This document shows, in pieces, positions 38,536 to 50,251 of a DNA stretch of 64,000 nt. Origin of the DNA: Mobula hypostoma (lineage: Eukaryota). Positions within the stretch are counted from its first letter, which is position 1, and each line of letters begins with the position of its first letter. Below the pieces are notes generated by a model. That model saw only the letters and a program-made list of their open reading frames with translations, made no database searches and was not told where the DNA came from. Position numbers and translations under genes: made by a program. The DNA lies in assembly GCF_963921235.1 (NCBI RefSeq), contig NC_086097.1:107882001-107946000 (forward strand). The letters are read 5' to 3'.

Positions 38536-41500
38536 GATTTTTGAGGAAGTTACCAGGAAAGTTGATGATGTGTACATGCACTCCAGCAAGGCATTTGACT
38601 AGGTCCCGCAAGGGAGGTTGGTCAAGAAGGTTCAGTCGCTTGGCGTTCAATATGAGGTAATAAACTGGATTAGACTTTGGCTTCACGGGAGAAGCCAGAG
38701 AGTGGTAGTAGATGGTTGCCTCTGTGACTGGTGATGTGCCATAGGAATCGGTGCTGGGTCCATTGTAGTTTGTCATCTATATCAATGATCTGGATGATAA
38801 TATGGTAACTGGATCAGCAAATTTTCAAATGACATCAAGATTGGGGCTGTAGTGGACAGCAAGAAAGACTATTGGGATCTGGAGCAGCTGGGGAAATGGG
38901 CTGAAAAACGGAAGATGCAATTTAATGCAGACAAGTGTGAGGCATTGCACTTCAGTAAGACCAACCAGAGTAGGTCTTACACAGTGAGCGGTAGGGCACT
39001 GGGAATGCAGACTCATAATTCTTCGAAAGTGGTGCCACAGGCAGATAGGGTCATAAAAAAAGCTTATGACACATTGGCCTTTACAAATCAAAGTACTGAG
39101 TACAGGAATTGGGATGTTATGTTGAAGTAGATAGGGTAAGTGCAACCAAGCTTTTTCCACTGAGGTTCCACAACAACTAGAAGTCATGGGTTAAGGTTGA
39201 AAGGTGAAATATTTTAGGAACATCAGGGGAACTTCTGCATTCAGAGGGAAGTAAGAGTGTGGAACCATCTGCCAGTTCAAGTAGTGGATGTGGTTTGATT
39301 TCAACCTTTAAGAGAAATTTGGATAGGTACATGGATAGGAGGGGTATGGAAGGCTATGGTCTGGGTACAGGTCAATGGGACTAGGCAAATTAATGGTTCA
39401 GCACAGACTAGATGGGCCAACAGGCCTGTTTCAGTGCTGTAGTGTTCTATGACTCTCTAAGTTATATAAAAAAAACTGGGCCAAGACAGAGTAACCATTC
39501 AGCCTGTATTGTTATAAGATTTATTTGTCCAAAATCTGGAAATCGTTCCAGTTTTCCACCCAGGCTTTGCCATTTTTGACAGAAATTCATTTGTCAAGCA
39601 AATGTTCCTGTGTGAATACTTCATGCTGAGTAAATAAATGATGACGGAGATTTGTACCATTCATTTCTGGGTAACGGTAATGACAAAGGCACATACATAA
39701 AATCACGCTCAAGTTTTGCAATCAGACTTTGCAAACATAATTATTTCCTCCAATTACTTAAATGGGATAGATGGATCTGTTTGGTTCACTGAACAAGTAC
39801 AACACAAAGAGGAACAAAGATATAGCTTTTAAAATATCACAATTATTACAATAAAAGATCTTGCTAATAATATGTTACACCATGTTATTTCTGTCAGCAT
39901 ATTAACATTTCAGCACTGAAATATTAGTCATCTCAGGGTGCAATTGCTCTGCACTGGTCTAAGTTCATCTGTGATTAGTAGATGATGCCGTCAGCCCTCA
40001 TCGATCAGCTGATGACCTCCAGCACATCCTTACTTTTCTACATTTGGTTGGATAGCACACTGGCTCGCATATATTTATTATTGATTACCATCATTTGGAT
40101 TTCAATCAAGTTAGATTCACTACTGAACTGTTTGAATCAACTCCTATTTATCTTTGACAGAGAGGAAGGTGGCTAGAAAAAGCAACTGGAATGAATGTGT
40201 TTTGTCAGTTCTCTACCTTTGAAATATGTGCCGCTAATTATGGTTCATGCAGATGTTCAATTAATGGAGCTAATTCAGAACTCTGTTAATCAACCAGTTG
40301 AACTGAATTAAGTTCCAAAATTGCAATTAAGTTTTAATTTTATTATTCTATTTACTTAGCAATATAGCACAGAGGCAACCCTTCCGGCCCTCTGAGCCAT
40401 GTCGTCCAGCAACCCCCAACCAACCTGCTCAACCCTAACCTATTCACTGGACAATTTACAATGAGCACTTTACCTACCCGTGCATTCGGCGGGATAACGT
40501 ACAGACCCCTTACAGATGGCACTGGAATTGAATTCCTAACCACTATGCTGTCTTGACATTGTGGAGTTGTTGAACTCCTCATAGGAAATGAGCCAGCATC
40601 AGCCTGAGGGCATTGATTCCTGAATCTTGCACCAGATCTGATCTGGAACAGGACACAGGATCCTGGTGATCACCATGGAATTTGTAAAGCGCAGATTTAG
40701 GAGTCATACAGGAATGCAGCACAAAAACAATGGCTACCCAAATGCCTCTTAACTGTTATAGTTGTACCCACCTCGATCACTTCTTCTGGCAACTTATTCC
40801 AGGTATTCATCACCTTCTGTGTAAACAAGTTACATCTCAACTAAACAAGACATCCGTTTTAAATCTCTCCCTTCTTATCTTATATCTGGGCCCTCTAGTT
40901 TTGGACTCCCCAATACTGGGTGAAAAACTGACTGCCGACCTTATCAATTCCCCTCATGATTTTATAAACTTCAATGAGATCACCTCTCATTCTCCTGCAA
41001 GGCATCCTCGTAAATCTCTTCTGCATCCTCTTCATCTTAACTATCCTATAACAGAGTGAACAAAAATGTACACAATACTCCAAGTGCCAAGTCCACCTCA
41101 TGTCCTTTTTGTCCTCCTGATTTTCATCTTAAACCTAATCTTGAACATTTTAGATTAATCGAGGGATTAATTCATACCTGGCTGCCTAAATGTGATGTAC
41201 TCTTCCTTCTTTTTCCTCACCAGAATCGCAATATTTTTCATCAGCCAGGGTTTCCTTCACTGTAACAGCAACATTTTGCCCCTGGACTCTTGATATGACC
41301 CTTTTAAAAGCCAACTATGCCTTTGCCTAAAAATAGTCGCCGTGTCCACCCCTACTAGATCCTGCCTAATGCTGTCAAAGTTTGCCCAGCTCCAGTTCAG
41401 GACGTTAACCCGTGGACCTATTCTGCTTTCTTCAATAACAATTTTAAGAATAATAAAATCGGGTAGAAAAAGTCATTTTTTTTAAACACTGCTCGGGGAG

Positions 41501-41852
41501 AAGGGTCTGCACTGCGCAGGCGCGTGACGTAGCGTGCCAAGGTTTAAAAAGAGAAATTTTCAACGGTTCTTGTTGGTCGAAGCAAGTAGCTGAGAAGAAG
41601 AGAGTGGAAGAAATCGGGTAGAAAAAGTCGTTTTTTTTTTAAAAACTGCTCAGGGAGAAGGGTCTGCACTGCGCAGGCGCGTGACATAGCGCGCCAAGGT
41701 TTAAAAGCAGACCTCCATATACAGCGGCCATCGTCAGAGTGGGCTGAGTCAGAGTGGGACGGCTTTGTCTCAAACAGGCTTCGGCGAGAACAGGCAGAGG
41801 CCAGGGTAGGTTCCGCTAAGTTTTTTTGTTCAGACTGTTTAGAGTAGAGAGA

Positions 41853-42782
41853 ATGCCAGGCAGGATGTTGGAATGCTCCTCCTGCAGGATGTGGGAAGTC
41901 AGGGAGCCCTCCGGTGTCCCTGACAATGACACCTGCAAGAAGTGCATCCAGCTGCAGCTCCTAACAAACCGCGTTAGGGAACTGGAGCAGGAGCTGGATG
42001 ACCTGCGGATCATTCGGGAGAATGAGGAGATTATAGATAGTAGCTACAGGGAGGTAGTTACGCTAAAGGAGCAGAGGACAGGAAATTGGGTCACTGTCAG
42101 GTGAGGGAAGAGGAAAGGGCAGGCAGAGCAGGGTTCCCCTGTGGCCATTCCCCTCAACAACAAGTATACCGCATTGGATACTGTTGAGGGGGAATGACTT
42201 ACCTGGGACAAGCTGCAGTAGCCGGATCTCTGGCACTGAGTCTGGCTCTGCAGTGCAGAAGGGAGGGTGGAAAAAGAGGAGAGCGGTAGTGATAGGGGAC
42301 TCGATAGTTAGAGGTGCAGAAAGGAGGTTCTGTGGTCATGACAGAGAATCCAGGATGGTTTGTTGCTCCCAGGTGCCAGGGTCAAGGATGTCTCTGATCG
42401 ATTGCATGACATTCTGAAGTAGGAGGGTGACCAGCCAGATGGCGTGGTGCACATCGGTACCAATGACATAGCAAGGAAGAGTGAGGAGGTCCTGGAGAGT
42501 GAGTATAGAGAGCTTGGTAGGAAGTTGAAAAGCAGGACCTCAAGGGTGGCAATCTCAGGATTGCTACCTGTGCTAGGTGCCAGTGAGGGTAGGAATAGGA
42601 TGCTCTGGAGGATGAACAAGCGGCTGAGGAACTGGTGTAGGGGGCAGGGTTTCAGATTTCAGGATCATTGGGACCTCTTCTGGGGCAGGTGGGACCTGTA
42701 CAAGAGAGATGGGTTACACTTGAACTACAGGGGGACCAATATCCTTTCAGGGAGGTTTGTTATTGGGGAGGCTTTAAACTAG
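41853..42782 (+). pseudogene. CR1 ORF1p (Cys zinc motif, coiled coil, SGNH/GDSL esterase), disrupted
   Basis: ECSSCRMWE..CKKC, VIGDSIVRG, VHIGTND, DGLHLN. Stops and frameshifts present. Confidence 0.88.
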
Positions 42783-42822
42783 ATTTGCAGGGGATGGGAA
42801 CCAGAGTGCCAGAGCTGACAGT

Positions 42823-44977
42823 GTGGCTGGGGTGAAAATAAATGATGTTAAAAGTTCAAGCAAATCCGCTAATAGAAAGGTTGTGAGTGGTGGTAAAAAT
42901 CTTCTGAGGTGTATATATTTCAATGCGAGGAGTATTGCGGGGAAGGCGGATGAGTTGAGGGTGTGGATTGACACGTGGAATTATGACGTTATAGCAATTA
43001 GTGAAACTTGGCTACAGGAGGGGCAGGACTGGCAGCTTAATATTCCAGGGTTCCGATGTTTCAGATGTGATCGAGGCAGAGAAATGAAAGGTAGGAGAGT
43101 AGCATTGCTTGTTAGGGAAAATATTACAGCAGTGCTCAGGCAGGACAGATTAGAGGGCTTGTCTACTGAGTCATTATGGGTGGAGCTGAGAAACAGGAAA
43201 GGTATGGCCACATTAGTGGGATTGTATTACAGACCACCCAATAGTCAACGAGACTTGGAAGAGCAAATCTGCAGGGAGATAGCAGGCAACTGCAGGAAAC
43301 ATAAAGTTGTGGTGGTAGGGGATTTTAATTTTCCATATATTGATTGGGACTCCCATACTGTTAGGGGTCTAGATGGTTCAGAGTTTGTAAAATGTGTTCA
43401 GGAAAGTTTTCTAAATCAATATATAGAGGGACCAACTAGAGGGGATGCAATATTGGATCTCCTGGTAGGAAACGAGTTAGGACAAGTGACGGAAGTCTGT
43501 GTAGGGGAGCACTTTGGTTCCAGTGATCATAACACCATTAGTTTCAATTTGATCATGGACAAAGATAGATCTGGTCCTAGGGTTGAGGTTCTGAACTGGA
43601 AGAAGGCCAAATTTAAAGAAATGAGAAAGGATCTAAAAAGCGTGGATTGGGACAAGTTGTTCTCTGGCAAAGATGTGATTGGTAGGTGGGAAGCCTTCAA
43701 AGGGGAAATTTTAAGAGTGCAGAGTTTGTATGTTCCTGTCAGGATAAAAGGCAAATTGAATAGGAATAAGGAACCTTGGTTCTCAAGGGATATTGCAACT
43801 CTGATAAAGAAGAAGAGGAGTTGTATGAAATGTATAGGAAACAGGGAGTAAATAAGGTGCTTGAGGAGTATAAGAAGTGCAAGAAAATACTTAAGAAAGT
43901 AATCAGGAGGGCTAGAAGAAGACATGAGGTTGCCTTGGCAGTCAAAGTGAAGGATAATCCAAAGAGCTTTTACAGGTACATTAAGAGCAAAAGGATTGTA
44001 AGGGATAAAATTGGTCCTCTTGAAGATCAGAGTCGTCGGCTATGTGCGGAACCAAAGGAAATGGGGGAGATCTTAAATAGGTTTTTTGCGTCTGTATTTA
44101 CTAAGGAAACTGGCATGAAGTCTATGGAATTGAGGGAATCAGGTAGTGAGATCATGGAAACTGTACAGATTGAAAAGGAGGAGGTGCTTGCTGTCTTGAG
44201 GAAAATTAAAGTGGACAAATCCCCTTGACCTGACAGAGTGTTCCCTCGGACCTTGAAGGAGACTAGTGTTGAAATTGCAGGGGCCCTGGCAGAAATATTT
44301 AAAATGTCGCTGTCTACGGGTGAGGTGCCGGAGGATTGGAGAATGGCTCATGTTGTTCCGTTGTTTAAAAAAGGATCGAAAAGTAATCCGGGAAATTATA
44401 GGCCGGTGAGTTTAACGTCGGTAGTAGGTAAGTTATTGGAGGGAGTACTAAGAGACAGAATCTACAAGCATTTGGATAGACAGGGACTTATTAGGGAGAG
44501 TCAACATGGCTTTGTGCGTGGTAGGTCATGGTTTGACCAATCTATTGGAGTTTTTCAGGGAGGTTACCAGGAAAGTGGTTGAAGGGAAGGCAGTGAATAT
44601 TGTCTACATGGACTTCAGTAAGGCCTTTGACAAGGTCCCGCATGGGAGGTTAGTTAGGAAAATTCAGTCGCTAGGTATACATGGAGAGGTGGAAAATTGG
44701 ATTAGACATTGGCTCAATGGAAGAAGTCAAAGAGTGGTGGTAGAGAATTGCTTCTCTGAGTGGAGGCCTGTGACTAGTGGTGTGCCACAGGGATCAGTGC
44801 CAGGTCTATTGTTATTTGTCATCTATATCAATGATCTGGATGATAATGTAGTAAATTGGATCAGCAAATTTGCTGATGATACAAAGATTGGAGGTGTAGT
44901 AGACAGTGAGGAAGGTTTTCAGAGCCTGCAGAGGGACTTGGACCAGCTGGAAAAATGGGCTGAAAAATGGAAGATGG
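42823..44977 (+). pseudogene. CR1 ORF2p N-terminal part (APE endonuclease and RT); continues at 50817 to about 51540
   Basis: YFNARSI, ISETWL, YRPP, GDFN, SDH, NYRPVSLTS, DFSKAFD, KFADDTK. Confidence 0.9.
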
Positions 44978-45112
44978 GGGGGACTTCCGGGTCATTAAGG
45001 GAATGGCGGCGTAAAGAAAAGGTCTCTCGACAAAAAAGAAGGTAAACTGCCCCAAAATCAAATTTAGACAAATACTTAATATTGCATAACTATATTCATA
45101 AAAGGGGCAAGT

Positions 45113-46015
45113 ATGATGTCTAAGAACAAGAATAAAAAGTCCGCTTCGAAGGCTGATAAACATAAAGAGATGCAGCAAGGCGACGGGCCTAGCTCCCCCA
45201 CGGCAAACCAGGACGGAGATAATGAGGGGGAATCGGTGACTCTGTCTTTGATTCTCGGAGAGATTCGCGAGTTCCGACAAGATAACAGCAAACAGCTGGA
45301 AGATATTAAAGGAGAAATAGTAAAAACTAACTCGCGGATAGATGAAGCCAAAGCGAGGATTGTTGGAATTGAAGAGAAGCTACAAAACGCCGAGGAAGTG
45401 ATAGCAGAAATGCTGAAGCTACAAGACCAGCTCCAGTGGAAACTAATAGATCAAGAAGGCCGCTCGAGAAGGGAAAATGTGAGGATCTACGGAGTTCCCG
45501 AAGGAACCGAAGGTAAACCCGGATTGATGATTCCCTTCGTGGAGAAGCTGCTTAGAGAGAACCTTGATATACCGGCCGCAAAAGACCTACAGATAGAAAG
45601 GGCTCACCGCGCGTTGGCACCACAGCCTCCGGCAGGCGCCCAGCCCAGATCGATTCTGATCAGATTTCTCAGTTACAGAACGAAGGAAGAGGTGCTTAAA
45701 AGAGCATGGCAAAAGAAAGGTTTCATGTGGAACAACTGCAAAATCAGTTTAGACCACGACTACGCACCGGGGATTCTTGCCAGACGGAAGGAATATATGG
45801 AAACACGGAGAGTCCTGAAGGAAAACAACATCAGATTCCAGACCCTGTATCCAGCTCGGCTGAGAGTCTTTTACGACGAAGGGACAAAAACTTACACGAT
45901 GGTGGAGGAGGCAACGTTGGACCTGGCGGACCGGGGACTACCTATTAAAGTTATCACCCAACCGGAGTCGCTACTGGAGATGATTCGGCAGAAGTCGTGG
46001 CAGTTAGTGGGGTGA
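45113..46015 (+). CDS. L1-B ORF1p RNA-binding protein (300 aa; ancestral frame probably ran to 46099)
   Basis: EGRSRRENVRIYGVPEG, IERAHR, PRSILIRFL, LYPARLRV. After the TGA the same frame stays open for 27 more codons. Confidence 0.88.
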   Translation: MMSKNKNKKSASKADKHKEMQQGDGPSSPTANQDGDNEGESVTLSLILGEIREFRQDNSKQLEDIKGEIVKTNSRIDEAKARIVGIEEKLQNAEEVIAEMLKLQDQLQWKLIDQEGRSRRENVRIYGVPEGTEGKPGLMIPFVEKLLRENLDIPAAKDLQIERAHRALAPQPPAGAQPRSILIRFLSYRTKEEVLKRAWQKKGFMWNNCKISLDHDYAPGILARRKEYMETRRVLKENNIRFQTLYPARLRVFYDEGTKTYTMVEEATLDLADRGLPIKVITQPESLLEMIRQKSWQLVG

Positions 46016-46461
46016 GGACGCTCCACTCGAACCAGAGTGTCAAACTACAAGGAAAAGCTGCAAATATTCAGACGCGAATGTACAGAGAATACAGATTAAT
46101 TAAGAGAAATGACTGAAAAGAGTAAATCGGACTTAAAAGTAAAATGAAAACTGGTAACTGAAAATAAACTAGGCGGAATAACTTGAATGATAGCAATATG
46201 GTCGAGACATAAATAGGAGAAAATTCTCTATGATTATTCAAACTGCTGAGGGCCCTCTAACACAGGGTGAAGATAGAGGTTATCCCTCTGAACTGAGGCG
46301 GGTCGGTGCTCAGGCCTCACTGTGGGAAGTCGGGAAAAATTTTCAAATGTTATACGTTCAGAAATGTCTAGGGTGTGGTTATATGTCTTGGTTTACTGTT
46401 GAGAAGGGATTGCTTACTGTTTGGTTAGAAAAGGAGAGTGCTTTTTTTCTACTAGAGAAAA

Positions 46462-49400
46462 ATGCAAACTGAATTGGTAAAAATAATTTCCTATAATGTT
46501 AATGGGGCTTTGAATCCAATTAAAAGAAATAAGATTATGTCTAAATTGAAAAAAGAGAGGGCACAAATAGCTTTCCTCCAGGAAACACATATGAGCCAAT
46601 CTGAAAATGGAAAATTAAAAAGAATGGGCTTTAAGCATGTATTTTATTCATCATATAAATTGAGTCACAAAAGAGGGGTAGCTACTTTAATATCAAGTAC
46701 TCTTAATTATGAACATATTTCAGAGACTAGAGACAAAGAAGGACGGTTTGTAAAAATCACAGGAAGAATAGAAGGTACAGAAATAACATTGCTGAATGTT
46801 TATGCTCCTCCAGGTAGTGAATGGTCATTTTATAGACACATTTTTGACCTAATGGTCAGTTCTCGAGGGGTAGTAATTTGTGGAGGGGATTTTAATATTA
46901 GATTAAATCCTATATTAGATTCTTCAAGAATAGTTACTCAGAATAAACCTCTGACTCGGAAAGTGAATTCATTGATGGAGGAGTTGGAAATTATAGATGT
47001 CTGGAGGGAATTACACCTTACTAGTAAAGATTATACATATTACTCTTTCCCTCATTCAGCCTATTCAAGGATAGACTATTTCTTTATCTTTAATACAGAT
47101 AGACTCAGGATAAAAAACTGTAATATTGCAACAATTGATCTGTCGGATCATAGCCCAGTCTCTATATCTCTAATCCTGGAAAGGAAAATGAGGAAAACAC
47201 TATGGAGGCTAAACTCACATATACTCAATAACCCGAAAGTAATGGAGAGATTAAGGGGAGAAATCAAAGAATATCTAGACCTTAATGACACGGGAGAAAC
47301 ATCACCAGTGATTTTATGGGATACATTGAAAGCTGTACTGAGAGGGAAAATTATTTCCATTACTACTCGCATGAAAAAAATCAATGCACAAAAATTAGCA
47401 GACCTTCAAGGAAAATTAAAACAACTTCAAGTTGTAGATAGCAACAAAAGTAATTCAAATCGAAAACAGGAAATTAGGAAATTGCAAAGTGAAATTGATG
47501 ATATTTATACGTTGGAAACTCAAAGAAATTTTCTTTACCTGAGACAAAAGAATTATGAAGTAGGAGGTAAATCAGCTAGATTATTAGCATATAAATTACG
47601 AAAACAACAAGCAGACAATACAATTCATAAAATAAAGAATCCAAAGACAAAGCTTGTGGAGAGTACAATAGGGAAAATTCAAGAGAGTTTTGAAACATAT
47701 TATCGAGAGCTGTACTCCCAACCCCGGGCCCCCAATGAGCCCTATATAGACAGTGTATTGAATTTTTTAGATCTACCTAAACTTACAGATTTACAAAATG
47801 AAAGTTTATTAGAACCAGTAACTGTCAAAGAACTGAACGTGGCCATCTCTAGGTTAAAGGCTGGAAAGTCCCCGGGTTCTGATGGGTTTACCTCAGAGTG
47901 GTACAAGTCCCTGAAGACACAGTTAGCCCCATTACTACTTAACACCTTTAATTGGATCTTGCAGAGAGGAGAAACTCCACCTTCCTGGAGAGAAGCGATT
48001 ATTTCAGTTATTCCTAAAGAGGGTAAAGATAAACTAGAATGTGGCAATTATCGGCCAATTAGTGTTCTTAATTTAGATTACAAACTATTTACATCTATAT
48101 TAGCGCGCAGATTGGAAAAGCTTTTACCTGGCCTAATCCATTTAGACCAGACTGGATTTATTCAACAAAGACAAACACAGGACAACATAAGGAGAACTCT
48201 GCACATATTAGAACAGGTTAATAAGAACGAGACAGAGACAATGGTAGTAGGATTGGACGCTGAGAAAGCTTTTGATTCGGTTAGTTGGGCATTCCTATAC
48301 AGAGTGTTAGGAAGATTCGGCTTTCAAGAAAGGTTTATTAAAGTAATTCAGACTCTATATGACAGCCCTACAGCCCAAATTAAGATAAATGGGGACCTCT
48401 CTGACTCCTTCATTTTAGAGAGAGGCACTAGACAGGGATGCCCAATTTCTCCTCTCCTTTTTGCGCTATATATTGAACCACTTGCCCAACTAATAAGACA
48501 GAGCGAAACCGTAAAAGGTATCAAGGTGGCAGGGATTGAACAGAAAGTGGCATTATTCGCAGATGATGTTTTGGTCTATCTGAGTGAAACAGAAAAATAA
48601 TTTATAGGATTGTTTACACTGTTGGATGACTTTGGGAAAATATCAGGTTATAAAATAAATGTAAAGAAAAGGCAGGTTATGTCCCTAAATTATACACCAT
48701 CCAAAAAAATTGCAGGATACATACGATCTTAAGTGGGAAGCTAAATCATTAAAATATTTAGGAATAACCCTGCCGAAGGATCTTTCAACACTGTCACAGG
48801 TAAATTATGGGCCATTAATCTCAGAGATAAAAGCAGATATGCATAGATGGAATCTTATCCTCTTTTTAAGTTTAAATTCAAGGATAAATACTATAAAAAT
48901 GAATATTCTTCCTCGGTTATTATATCTTTTCCGTACTTTACCAGTGGAGATGGATGATAATCAATTCAGGGAATGGGACAAATGGATTTCCTGCTTCATT
49001 TGCCAAGGAAGGAAACCTAGAATTCGATATAACACCTTACAGTTAGGGAAGGAAGGAGGAGGTATGGTTCTTCCTTGCCTGAGAAATTATTTTTATGCCT
49101 CACAGATAACCCCTCTGTTATATTGGTGTAATAGGGAATATAATGCTAGATGGAAGGAAATAGAATTTGGATTAGTTGACAGTTTTCCTCTTCAGGCCTC
49201 AATAGCTGACAAGGGATTGATGGCCCAGTTGGAAAAATTTAATAATGCTTGGATAAATCTTACATTAAAAGTATGGCAGAAGGTGGTTAATTCATGTGGA
49301 ATTAATAACATGTTAAAACTCTTTAGATGGTGTGCATATGATACCGAATTCCTTCCCAACAGAGGAGATAAAAGATTTGAGCTATGGATAAAGAAAGGTC

Positions 49401-50251
49401 TTACAACCTACCTCTCATTTATAGATAAAAGAGTATTACAAAGTTTCCAAATCCTGCAGGACAAACATGGCCGAGAACATAATGACTTTTTTAGGTACCT
49501 TCAAATACGAAACTATGTTAACCAGAGTTGTAGATATACAGACCTATCAACAGTAGAATCAGAATTTTTCAAGATTCTGAATTCGGCTTGCAGTTCAATA
49601 CCTAGTAAATCAGTTTCTCGCCTATATAATGCACTCTCCCATGCTAAAAATGTAAATACACTGTATATTAAAGAGAAGTGGGAGAAAGAAGCGGGGTTGG
49701 TACTTTCAGAGGAGGCTTGGGAGAAAATCTGCAGCTTTCAATGGTCCTCGACTAATTCTTTGACTTGGAGAAAACATTGTTGGAAAAACATTATAAGATA
49801 CTTCAAGACCCCATATCAGGAAAAATATAAAGATACAAATGTGATGTGTTGGAGAAGGTGCGGCTCCAAGGATGCAAATCATTTTCATATTTTCTGGGAT
49901 TGCCCTAAATTAAGTCTATTTTGGGAAGGTATTCATAGAACATTAGTTAAGGTACTTAGGTCCCAGATACCTCTGAACTTTGAGACGCTCTATTTGGGGC
50001 ATGTATTGTTCCTTGAACAGAAGGAAGATATAAAGTTGCTGCAGGCCCTCTTCGTGGCAAGTAAGAAATCAATCACTAGAAAATGGCTAAATCCAATACC
50101 ACCTACATTAGAAGATTGGTACGAAATTATCTTGGAAATATTTAAAATGGAAAAGTTGACTTACTCCCTGAGAACTCAAAAAGAAACATTTTATCAAATC
50201 TGGAATAAATGGATTGAATATATAACCCCAATGCGAGCAGACATTAGATGA
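46462..50251 (+). pseudogene. L1-B ORF2p (APE EN, RT, CCHC) with one stop and one frameshift
   Basis: SYNVNG, LQETH, GGDFN, SDH, KSPGSDG, YRPISVLN, DAEKAFD, RQGCPISP, FADD, CWRRC..HFHIFWDC. TAA at 48598-48600. Frameshift in the A-run near 48703-48709. Confidence 0.93.

Larger units (their letters stand above)
34590..39460 (+). mobile_element. Degenerate CR1 (ORF1 remnant and ORF2) hosting a younger CR1 and a SINE
   Basis: SSCGMWE..CKKCIQLQLL ORF1 zinc motif and esterase remnants. ORF2 resumes at about 37370 (YFNARSI). 3' tail ttctatgactct. Confidence 0.75.

Noticed and set aside
44506..45045. CR1 RT ORF with a basic C-terminal extension
   Set aside because: The extension is read-through into the 5'UTR of the inserted L1-B.
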